This document shows, in pieces, positions 47,479-55,884 of a stretch of 64,000 bases of DNA. How positions within the stretch are numbered: the first letter of the stretch is position 1; every line of letters begins with the position of its first letter. Origin of the DNA: an uncultured Pseudomonadota bacterium (GTDB lineage: Bacteria; Pseudomonadota; Alphaproteobacteria; Rs-D84); the NCBI GenBank assembly GCA_902793005.1, contig CADBBQ010000004.1:9396-73395 (forward strand), given 5' to 3'. The translations under genes and the position numbers were made by a program. The notes below the pieces were generated by a model. It had not been told where the DNA came from. It was given only the letters and a program-made list of their open reading frames with translations, and did no database searches.

Positions 47479-47985
47479 ATGAATATGAGTATAATGGGGA
47501 TAAACTGGTTAAAAGGTAAAGAAGACAAAGTATTAGATAAACAAGGCAACCATATTATTTACGATGACCGAACTGGCAAACCAGTGAATATAAATAAACC
47601 ATTACCAAAAGGTGCAACTATTGGTTATGGTCATTTGATAAAAAATGGTGAAGATTTTAGAAACGGAATTTCAGAGGTCAAAGCCACCGAATTATTACGT
47701 GCCGATATCGCAACTGCGGAACGTGCCGTCCAAGACAATATAACAGTACCGTTATCACAGAATCAATATGATGCACTTGTGTCTTTGGCTTATAATATTG
47801 GTGCAAAAAATTTTGCAGATTCAACGGTTGTGAAATATATAAACAATCCAAAGTTTCACAGTTCTGTATATCAAAATTTAGAATCCGCGTGGAAAGCGTG
47901 GAATCGTTCGCAAGGCGAGATATCAAATGGTTTAATTAATCGCAGACAATGCGAATGGGATATGTATAATAAATTTGCGGTATAA
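47479..47985 (+). CDS. Phage-type lysozyme (GH24-like)
   Basis: LKGKEDKV...D..G..TIGYGHLI and ...LSQNQYDALVSLAYNIG... follow the T4/lambda-family lysozyme pattern. Confidence 0.8.
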   Translation: MNMSIMGINWLKGKEDKVLDKQGNHIIYDDRTGKPVNINKPLPKGATIGYGHLIKNGEDFRNGISEVKATELLRADIATAERAVQDNITVPLSQNQYDALVSLAYNIGAKNFADSTVVKYINNPKFHSSVYQNLESAWKAWNRSQGEISNGLINRRQCEWDMYNKFAV

Positions 47986-48003
47986 TAATACCGTATTGAT
48001 TTT
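47971..48003. repeat. 33-bp direct repeat, copy 1 (spans the lysozyme stop codon)
   Basis: AAATTTGCGGTATAATAATACCGTATTGATTTT, identical to 48569-48601. Confidence 0.9.
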
Positions 48004-48030
48004 ATAAATAAATATTTTTATAATCGCTGT

Positions 48031-48528
48031 ATGAAAAAAATTGTATTTATATTTGCGCTGTTGGTGCCTGTGGTTTCTGTTGCAGATAGGACATCAAATT
48101 TTATAGCAGAGGTTTTAGAATACGAAAAACCAACACAAAATGCTAATCTGGCACATAAAAATACTTATGGTGTGAATCAAGAAAAGTTGGATATGTATCG
48201 TGCGGCGCATCCGCGTTATAATTTTCCAAAACACATTCGGGATTTGAACAAAAAACAAGCAGAACAAATTTTGTCTTATTTTTGGGATAATTACAGGTTT
48301 GGTGATTATAAATATGATGAAATCCAAGAAAAAGTTTGGGATATGATGATTCATATGCAAATGTCTGAATTGGATAAAAAAATAAACGATGCCGTGCGTG
48401 AATATTACAATTTTGATGGTAATTTTTATGCGCCGTTTGGTTCGGTCGGTTTGGTCGGTTTGTTAAATGGTATGGCACTAAAACAGGTCCCTGATTTTTA
48501 TTTGATATTGAAAAAAATAAAATATTGA
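48031..48528 (+). CDS. Secreted protein, hypothetical
   Basis: 165 aa with a signal peptide. Lies between the two 33-bp direct repeats. Confidence 0.55.
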   Translation: MKKIVFIFALLVPVVSVADRTSNFIAEVLEYEKPTQNANLAHKNTYGVNQEKLDMYRAAHPRYNFPKHIRDLNKKQAEQILSYFWDNYRFGDYKYDEIQEKVWDMMIHMQMSELDKKINDAVREYYNFDGNFYAPFGSVGLVGLLNGMALKQVPDFYLILKKIKY

Positions 48529-48568
48529 GAATTTTATTTGATAAAAATTTTGTCCGCCTGCGCTGCTG

Positions 48569-48601
48569 AAATTTGCGGTATAATAATACCGTATTGATTT
48601 T
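48569..48601. repeat. 33-bp direct repeat, copy 2
   Basis: Identical to 47971-48003. Confidence 0.9.
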
Positions 48602-48603
48602 TC

Positions 48604-48632
48604 TTGACTTTTTGGCGGGTGTGCGGCATAAT
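48604..48632 (+). promoter_or_regulatory. Sigma-70-like promoter of rplM-rpsI
   Basis: TTGACT (48604-48609), 17-nt spacer, CATAAT (48627-48632), 32 nt upstream of the rplM ATG. Confidence 0.5.
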
Positions 48633-48664
48633 CGTGTCGTTCATATTAAACAAAGGGTTAAAAT

Positions 48665-49135
48665 ATGGTAGCAACAAAATCTTTAAAGGGTTGCGAATTA
48701 GAGGCCAAATGGTATCTGATTGACGCGACTGACTGCACATTGGGACGTTTGGCGGCATTTACGGCAAACATCTTGCGCGGGAAAAACAAACCGACGTGGA
48801 CGCCGAATTTGGATTGTGGTGATCACGTTATTATTATCAATGCCGACAAAGTTGCGTTGTCTGGGCACAAGGCTGATAAAGATAAATTTTATTGGCACTC
48901 GACATGGACCGGCAGTTTGAAAGAACGCACATTGGGACAAATGCGTGCGGAAAAACCGACATTGTTGGTTAAAAATGCGGTGAAACGTATGATGGGACGT
49001 CGTACAACGGTTGCATTGGCGGACAAACGTTTAACAAAATTGCACGTGTATGCCGGTGCGGAACATAAACACAGTGCGCAAAATCCAGTTGTAATTGATT
49101 TTGCCAGCCTGAATCCCAAAAACAAAAGAGGATAA
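48665..49135 (+). CDS. rplM: 50S ribosomal protein L13
   Basis: 156 aa. W.LIDA....GRLA...A..LRGK.KP..TP..D.GD.V...NA pattern. Confidence 0.96.
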   Translation: MVATKSLKGCELEAKWYLIDATDCTLGRLAAFTANILRGKNKPTWTPNLDCGDHVIIINADKVALSGHKADKDKFYWHSTWTGSLKERTLGQMRAEKPTLLVKNAVKRMMGRRTTVALADKRLTKLHVYAGAEHKHSAQNPVVIDFASLNPKNKRG

Positions 49136-49138
49136 GTT

Positions 49139-49654
49139 ATGACAGAAGCAAAAAAGACAACTGCAAAAAAACCAGCGGCCAAAAAGGCAACTGCGACAAA
49201 GACTGTCAAGGCGGTAAAATCCACTGCCAAGGTGGCGACATCGTCTGTGGCGGCAAATGTGAAATTGACGGGTGCGACATATGCAACCGGTAAACGTAAA
49301 GATTCCGTTGCCCGTGTTTATATGTTGCCAGGCAAGGGTAATATTACCGTGAACGGTGTTGCGATGGTGGAATATTTCCGTCGTCCGGTGTTGCAAATGA
49401 TTATTGCGCAACCGTTTGGCGTTGCAAAACGCGAAACCGAATATGATATTGTTGCGTTTGTGTCTGGTGGTGGCTTATCAGGCCAGGCCGGCGCGGTTAA
49501 ACACGGTATTTCCAAGGCGTTGGAAAAACGTGAACCGGAATTGCGTGCCCCGTTAAAGGCGGCCGGGTTCTTGACCCGCGACAGCCGTGTTGTTGAACGT
49601 AAACACTATGGTGTGCGCAAGGCGCGTCGTTCGACACAGTTCAGCAAACGTTAA
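49139..49654 (+). CDS. rpsI: 30S ribosomal protein S9 (with Lys/Ala-rich N-terminal extension)
   Basis: C-terminal GGG.SGQAGA..HGI..AL and ...RRSTQFSKR. Confidence 0.95.
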   Translation: MTEAKKTTAKKPAAKKATATKTVKAVKSTAKVATSSVAANVKLTGATYATGKRKDSVARVYMLPGKGNITVNGVAMVEYFRRPVLQMIIAQPFGVAKRETEYDIVAFVSGGGLSGQAGAVKHGISKALEKREPELRAPLKAAGFLTRDSRVVERKHYGVRKARRSTQFSKR

Positions 49655-49762
49655 TTGTTATCGCCCGATGTTTTGTTTTTAGCAAAACATTGGGCGGGTT
49701 GGCGACCCCCTAAATCCCCCCAGCCAGGGGGACTTTGGGTGTTTTTGATAAGGAAATTACAT

Positions 49763-51061
49763 ATGATAAAGAAAGAAAAAGTCAAAGATTTACATTATTC
49801 TGTAAATGGCATTATCACGGCCGATGAAATCCAAGCGGCGGCGGATGAAATTTTATCAGAATATGGGAAAACTGCGAAAATGCCTGGATTTCGTGCGGGT
49901 CATATTCCACTTTCTGTATTGCGCCAGAAATTTAACGCAAATGCGACGGCGGATGCGATTGACAAATTGATGAATCGTGATTTGAACGCATTTACGGCGG
50001 AAAAAAACATTCGCTTGGCGGCGGCACCACGTGCCGATTTGCCGAAATGGGAAATGGGCAAAGACGCCGAATACACATTGGAATTTGATATTTTGCCGGA
50101 ATTGCCGGAAATTGATTTGGGAAAAATTACCGTCACAAAACCGGTTGCCGAATTAGATGAGGCCGAGGTTGACAAAGCCGTTGAAAACATTCGTCGTTCG
50201 CGCAGCACCGCCGAAAAGCAAGATGATAAATATGCGGCGCAAAATGGCGATACTGCGGTTATTGATTTCACCGGATTTATTGGCGATGACGCATTCGAAG
50301 GTGGCGCGGCAACCAAACATCATTTGGTTTTGGGTTCGGGGTCTTTTATTCCGGGATTCGAAGACCAAATTATCGGGCATAAATCTGGCGATAAATTTGA
50401 TGTCAATGTTAAATTCCCATCCGATTATCACGCGGAAAATCTGGCGGGTAAAAATGCGCGTTTTGCAACCGTCTTGCACGAGGTTCGCAAACACATTTTG
50501 CCAGAATTAAACGATGAATTGGCGAAAACGGTTGGATTTGACACGGTTGAAAAATTGCGTGCGCATATCAAAGACATTTTGAACGAACAATATGCGGATG
50601 CGTCGCAACGCGCGATGCGCAATGAATTGTTGGACGTGTTGGCGGATAAAGTCAAAATGGATTTGCCATCTGCGTTGGTTGAACAAGAATTGGCAATGGC
50701 GAAACAAGAACACGAACATCATAATGCCGAACACGGTCACGACCACAAATGGGACGACAAGGCCGAAAAGAAAGAGGCCGAACGTCGTGTTAAATTGGGC
50801 CTGATTTTGGCAGAGTGGGGCAATAAAAACAAAGTTGCCGTCACCCGTGATGATTTGCAACAGGCTATCTGGGCCGAGGCATCGCGTTATCCGGATCCGA
50901 AACAGATTTTTGAATTTTATAACAAAAATCAAAATGCGGTTGCGATGTTGCGCGGAATGCTGTTTGAACGCAAGGCTTTGGATGAAATGTTGAAAAATGT
51001 TAAAACCAAAGATAAAAAGGTTCCGGCCACGGAATTGTTTAAACAAGCCGATGTGAAATAA
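49763..51061 (+). CDS. tig: Trigger factor
   Basis: Start moved to MIKKEKVKDLHY (GGAAAT RBS region). GFRAGHIP signature and a central FKBP-type segment (GDTAVIDFTGFIGDDAFEGG). Confidence 0.93.
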   Translation: MIKKEKVKDLHYSVNGIITADEIQAAADEILSEYGKTAKMPGFRAGHIPLSVLRQKFNANATADAIDKLMNRDLNAFTAEKNIRLAAAPRADLPKWEMGKDAEYTLEFDILPELPEIDLGKITVTKPVAELDEAEVDKAVENIRRSRSTAEKQDDKYAAQNGDTAVIDFTGFIGDDAFEGGAATKHHLVLGSGSFIPGFEDQIIGHKSGDKFDVNVKFPSDYHAENLAGKNARFATVLHEVRKHILPELNDELAKTVGFDTVEKLRAHIKDILNEQYADASQRAMRNELLDVLADKVKMDLPSALVEQELAMAKQEHEHHNAEHGHDHKWDDKAEKKEAERRVKLGLILAEWGNKNKVAVTRDDLQQAIWAEASRYPDPKQIFEFYNKNQNAVAMLRGMLFERKALDEMLKNVKTKDKKVPATELFKQADVK

Positions 51062-51089
51062 AAAAATCCCCCAATCGGGGGATTTTTTT
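51062..51089 (+). terminator. Rho-independent terminator after tig
   Basis: ATCCCCC-AAT-CGGGGGAT followed by a T-run. Confidence 0.8.
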
Positions 51090-51859
51090 CCCGTCCCCGC
51101 ACAGCGGAGCGGCTAGAAAAGACGGGGGTGGGGAACATATTCATAAATGGAATAAATTCAATTTTTTTACTTGCTTTTGTTGGGTAAATTTTTCTATCAT
51201 AGGTTTGAATTCAACGGGGATTGAATTCGGGCCTTAGAAAGCCAGTAAAGTCCGGTGCAAAATTTGTTGCATCGTTATCTTTCCCATGCGTGTCGCGCGA
51301 CCACGTACAAAAATACTAGACGGATAAACTTGCTTTGTACGAAAAACGAATCGCATATACGACACAGGAATATTTCCCGTAACTTCCATAAAAGAAAAAT
51401 AACTTATTCAGATTTTGCACTGACATGTATATCATATTTGGTGGCATATCACGGTTGTGTATATGCATCCACGCCAGATGTTTTGTGCATGTGGAATCCC
51501 GGCATTTGTGTGTTGTATATTTTTTACACAGATGCGTGTACATTTTTATTAAAGCAAAAGATTGTAACCCTGGCGTTGGTGTTCATGGGCCTATCCCGTG
51601 ATAGACAAATTTGATTTTGTTTGGCGGGGTGCCGCTGGACCGCAAGGCAGTGGGATCAATGACTTTATGATTTTCTAACACCCCGACCGTGTTTTTGGGA
51701 ATATTTTCCTGAGACTTTCTTGGTCGACTTCCATAAAAAAATTTTTTTAACGGTAATTTTGATGTGTGCAAATGCGCGGCGCGTTTTTGTGCGTATTCCG
51801 CCCGCGCGGGCGCGCGGTGCGCGGTGCGTAGCACCGTCCCCGTGCGGTGGTTCGGACGA

Positions 51860-52975
51860 AGTCCGTCCCCTTCTTTATGAAAGAAGGGGTGGCATCCGAA
51901 GGATGACGGGGTAATTGTGCCGGGCGATGTAGTGAAACGAAATCGCCATAAAAAGGTTTTAAATCACAATTACCTCCCCCTACGCCGATAAATCGGCTTC
52001 GGGTACTCCTTCTTTCATAAAGAAGGAGACGGCGCATAAATGCGCCGGGGAAAAAGAGGAAAACATAGAGTTCAAAATTCAAGGTTTTGGTCCCATTCCC
52101 GTTCGGGGCTGGAACCTTGGACGTTGAACTTTGGGATAAACAAAGTTAGGTCGTGTGTCCCCCCGGGATGCCCCGAAATCCAACTCCCATTGAAAATAAT
52201 GGCTGTTCCCGGGGAGTGTGACAAAAACACGGTAGTGTTTTTGTCAAAGCAAATAACAAAGTACAAAGTACAAAGTACAAAGTACAAAGTACAAAGTACA
52301 AAGTGCAAAGTACAAATGATGCCGTGTGGCAACGCCACACACATATGGATATTCTCCTTCTTTATGAAAGAAGGAGTACCCGAGTAAGCGTCAGCGCGCG
52401 AGGGGGAGGTAGTTGTGAAAAGGTCTAAACTGCTGGTGTGGTTGTGATTATAGAGAAAAATATTATCACAACTACCCCACCGTCTTCGACGGTCCCCCCC
52501 TTCTTTCATAAAGAAGGGGAATGTCCGAGAGAAGATGGCGGTCCCCCCTTCTTTGGGAAAGAAGGGAATATCCGAGAGGGGCGGAATGTTTGCCAAACCG
52601 ACAAAACGCGTTTGCGTCTTGTCATCCTGAGCGAAGTCGAAAGTGAGTCACCAACGGTGACGAACGTGGATCTGGGTTTGGCAAAGACAAGGAACTGCCC
52701 CGTCACTCAACCGCGTTGCGGTTTCGTGCCACCCCTTCTTTTTACCCTGCGGGTAGAAAAGACGGGGAATGTCCGAGAGGGTGGCGCGGTGGCGCCGGGC
52801 ATCAAATATGCCTGGATCCGCGCTCGCGGAACGCTCGCTTTCGACTGCGTTCGATTACTTATGTGGGGTTGCCACAACGTAATCTCACTACGCTCAGGAT
52901 GACAAAAAATGTTGCAACATTTTTTGTCTGAATAAAAAAAAGAGAGAGAAACAAAATAAAAAAAAAGGATAGGAA
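51860..52975. repeat. Dense array of palindromic repeats and (CAAAGTA)n upstream of the DGR target gene
   Basis: Contains CCTTCTTT(C/A)(A/T)(T/G)AAAGAAGG hairpins (about 51868, 52006, 52353, 52497, 52545), heptamer run 52255-52316, A2 element 52600-52688 and A1 element (reverse orientation) 52797-52930. Confidence 0.85.
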
Positions 52976-52977
52976 AG

Positions 52978-55011
52978 ATGAAAAAGGTAAGTTTATTTAC
53001 GATTTTATTGTTATCTGGGGTGGGGGCATCGCCGGCGATGGCGGCGTTGACGTCCGCGGATGACATCCTGTCTGAATTGATGATTTATGGTGCGGTGTAT
53101 GGTGATACGGTTGCGGGCGGCCTGGGCGTGTCATATCGTTATCACGGTGATGACGTCGCGACCGAATATTTACAACATACCGACGGCACGGTGTATCACA
53201 AATCATACACATCGGGCCTGGGCACCGCCGGGGACAAGGGCGATTGGCAAAATCATTGGGAAACATATTTCCCACGTCGTGCTTTGTCCGACGGTACGCA
53301 ATTATCCGACGGCGTGACCGTGCACGGAATCTCGCAATGCACGCGCATAGGGGGCACTTTCGCCGTCCCAAATTACGATATGACCGACCCATATACCACC
53401 GTGACCGAGGATGGCGAACGCCAGTGTTGGTGCAAATTAACGCATGTACGCGAGGGCACGAGCGCCCCTGCAAACCTGGATGCGTTGGGTTATTCGGTTG
53501 GGGCCTCGTCTTGGGTCTTCCACAACACGTCCGGTTCGGCCGCCAATTGTGCGTACTACTGTGCGAACGGCTGCGCGAGCGCCGTCCGTCCTAACGCGGG
53601 CTTTCGGGCTGCGGTTTTTGGTGGGGGCGCCTTGGGGCATGCGACCCCGGCGGATATGTGTGGGCAAAATTTAGCGAACGGAAAATTATATGATTACCAG
53701 GTCCCGCGTGTGGCAAAACTGGCCGCCGGGACATATACCGCATCCATTGCCGCCGCGGACGGCGGCAAATGGATGTTGCGGTTACGCGGCGTCGCAGACA
53801 ATACCGCCGTCACGGGCGAAGCCCTGACGGCGGCGCTGGCGTCGAGTGGTTTGGCACTCGACGACAGCGAAATTTCGAATCGCGACGGGTGGGTTTTTGG
53901 CAATGCGGCCGACGCCAATGCTTTGACTTTTACAATTAGGTCCGGCGAATACATCGTCGAAATCGCGAAACAGGACGCCACCGGCGCACAGGATTTAATG
54001 CTGGAACACGGGGATGTGGCGAATGCCTATGTCGCGCCAACGCCGTGTATCCGCATCGCCGGGACGAAAATCGCGGCCGCGGCGTTCGAACGCGCCGATG
54101 CGGTGCGCGCGCGGTTGGTTAATGTCGTTGACCACGTCGTCAGCCAAACTATTACCCAGGCCGGCCACATCGCCACATTACAAACGCAAAAACAAACCCG
54201 CCCGGCCGACGACCCGACGGACGCAAATAACGCCGAAAATTGCCCCGAGGGGAAAAAATGCTTGCTGGTGACGGACGAAAACAAAACGCCGCACTGGTAC
54301 GAAATTTTTGACCCGATACACGAGTGGTATGATGCGTGGGTTACCGCCGGTAAACCCGCCGTCAAAGTGGAAATGGACGGCAGTAACTATTCATTTTATA
54401 ACGCGTTCTATCGCGGGGACAAAACGTGGCGCAAAACATATATCGACGGAACGACATCAACATATGACCGTCCGTTTGACCACGCGACGCGCTGCACAAA
54501 CCCCAGTTATAACACCGAAACGCAAAAAGCTCGTCCGTGCTATTCCGAGGTTGGAATGTTTAAAACACTGGGCGATGGCGAATGGGCCGAGGTTTATACG
54601 TCTGGCGACGGCACGAATTCACCGGTTGGTGTGGTGTATGGCATATCCAAGTGCACATCGGTCGCGGGACCAACAAATTACACCGGTGGTGGAACGCTAC
54701 TGTCGCAATTGTCCGCCGCGGACCAGGCAAAGTGGGCGGAATTGCCGGCTTTGCACGGTCAACCAGAACGCGAAGGATACGACAGCGAGAGTTTCAAACA
54801 ATGCTGGTGCAAGGTGGATGGCGTTGGTGTCCCGGGTGCGGATGGAAACCCTGCAAACGGAAGTATCTATCCGGTTGGGGCCTCGTCTTGGGTCTTCGGC
54901 CGCACGGGCGGTTCGGCCGCCATTTGTGCGAGCTACTGTGCGCGCGACTGCGCGTCCAACGTCCGTGTTTACGCGGGCTTTCGGGCTGCGGTTTTTGGTG
55001 GGCTGGAATGA
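52978..55011 (+). CDS. Secreted DGR variable protein with two lectin-like VR-bearing modules
   Basis: 677 aa. Signal peptide ...SPAMA. Module ends are ...CWCKLTHV...VGASSWVFHNTSGSAANCAYYCANGCASAVRPNAGFRAAVFGG (internal) and ...CWCKVDGV...VGASSWVFGRTGGSAAICASYCARDCASNVRVYAGFRAAVFGGLE (C-terminal). Confidence 0.92.
   Translation: MKKVSLFTILLLSGVGASPAMAALTSADDILSELMIYGAVYGDTVAGGLGVSYRYHGDDVATEYLQHTDGTVYHKSYTSGLGTAGDKGDWQNHWETYFPRRALSDGTQLSDGVTVHGISQCTRIGGTFAVPNYDMTDPYTTVTEDGERQCWCKLTHVREGTSAPANLDALGYSVGASSWVFHNTSGSAANCAYYCANGCASAVRPNAGFRAAVFGGGALGHATPADMCGQNLANGKLYDYQVPRVAKLAAGTYTASIAAADGGKWMLRLRGVADNTAVTGEALTAALASSGLALDDSEISNRDGWVFGNAADANALTFTIRSGEYIVEIAKQDATGAQDLMLEHGDVANAYVAPTPCIRIAGTKIAAAAFERADAVRARLVNVVDHVVSQTITQAGHIATLQTQKQTRPADDPTDANNAENCPEGKKCLLVTDENKTPHWYEIFDPIHEWYDAWVTAGKPAVKVEMDGSNYSFYNAFYRGDKTWRKTYIDGTTSTYDRPFDHATRCTNPSYNTETQKARPCYSEVGMFKTLGDGEWAEVYTSGDGTNSPVGVVYGISKCTSVAGPTNYTGGGTLLSQLSAADQAKWAELPALHGQPEREGYDSESFKQCWCKVDGVGVPGADGNPANGSIYPVGASSWVFGRTGGSAAICASYCARDCASNVRVYAGFRAAVFGGLE
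53495..53625 (+). repeat. VR1 (internal variable repeat)
   Basis: 131 nt collinear with the TR. 13 substitutions, all at TR adenines. No other mismatch. Confidence 0.92.
54872..55004 (+). repeat. VR2 (C-terminal variable repeat)
   Basis: 133 nt collinear with the TR. 18 substitutions, all at TR adenines. No other mismatch. Ends 7 nt before the stop codon. Confidence 0.93.
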
Positions 55012-55021
55012 TAAACCTTTT

Positions 55022-55054
55022 CGCATCAAAAACCCTGTGCGGGTTTTTGATGCG
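55022..55054 (+). other. 14-bp-stem hairpin 18 nt downstream of VR2
   Basis: CGCATCAAAAACCC-TGTGC-GGGTTTTTGATGCG, a perfect inverted repeat. Confidence 0.8.
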
Positions 55055-55059
55055 GGTGG

Positions 55060-55745
55060 ACGACCCAACCCTGGTTGCACCAATGGTGCAACCACCCCTT
55101 CCCTGGCCAGGGAAGGGGGAACTGAGGCGTAAATGGGGTCCCACGGAATTGGGAAATTCCGTGGGCGAAAATGGGGGGTGCGGGGGCGACTCCCCCGCCG
55201 CGCGCAGCGCGGATTTGCCAAACCGGACAAAAGCCAATGGCTTTTGTCATCCTGAGCGAAGTCGAAAGTGAGTCACCAACGGTGACGAACGCGGATCTGG
55301 GTTTGGCAAGGGCAAATTTGTTGGCGCGGCGGCGCCGGGCATCAAATATGCCTGGATCCACGCTCGCGAAACGCTCGCTTTCGACTGCGTTCGATTACTT
55401 ATGGGGCGGTGCCTCAACGTAATCTCACTACGCTCAGGATGACAAAAACGCGGATGCGTTTTTGTTAACAAATTACCCCGTCATCCTTCGGATGCCACCC
55501 CTTCTTTGGGAAAGAAGGGGACGGTGCGAGAGCCGGATGCACGATTTTTCAGACTAAAACACGGTAGTGTTTTTGTTAAAGTACAAAGTACAAAGTACAA
55601 AGTACAAATAATGCCGTGTGGCAACGCCACACACATATGGGACATTAATTGAACTTTGAACTTTGAAAACTGAACTCTGAAAAATGGTGTATCACTGGTA
55701 AAACCCGTGGTTCAGGTGTCAGTTGCTGGGTCGGATTCGGCGTGT
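55060..55745. repeat. Palindromic repeat and heptamer array between the target gene and the TR
   Basis: A2 element 55225-55312, A1 element (reverse) 55337-55466, CCTTCTTTGGGAAAGAAGG hairpin about 55496, (CAAAGTA)n 55578-55608, (AACTTTG)n 55646-55680. Confidence 0.85.
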
Positions 55746-55748
55746 TGG

Positions 55749-55880
55749 CGGTTGGGGCCTCGTCTTGGGTCTTCAACAACACGAACAGTTCGGCCGCCAA
55801 TTGTGCGAACAACTGTGCGAACAACTGCGCGAACAACGTCCGTAATAACGCGGGCTTTCGGGCTGCGGTTTTTGGTGGGC
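55749..55880 (+). repeat. DGR template repeat (TR)
   Basis: CGGTTGGGGCCTCGTCTTGGGTCTTC AAC AAC ACG AAC AGT TCGGCCGCC AAT TGTGCG AAC AAC TGTGCG AAC AAC TGCGCG AAC AAC GTCCGT AAT AAC GCGGGCTTTCGGGCTGCGGTTTTTGGTGGGC. The 26 adenines are confined to 14 codons. All invariant blocks are adenine-free. Confidence 0.92.
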
Positions 55881-55884
55881 TCCT

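Noticed and set aside
51240-51510. RNase P RNA (rnpB), suggested by GTAAAGTCCGG and a distal CCCGGCA.
   Set aside because: Only the P4-like strands show similarity. I could not find the conserved ACAGAA, GGUAAGAGC or GUGAAA-type elements, and the spacing and pairing are imperfect. It is kept only as a low-interest note pending a covariance-model search.
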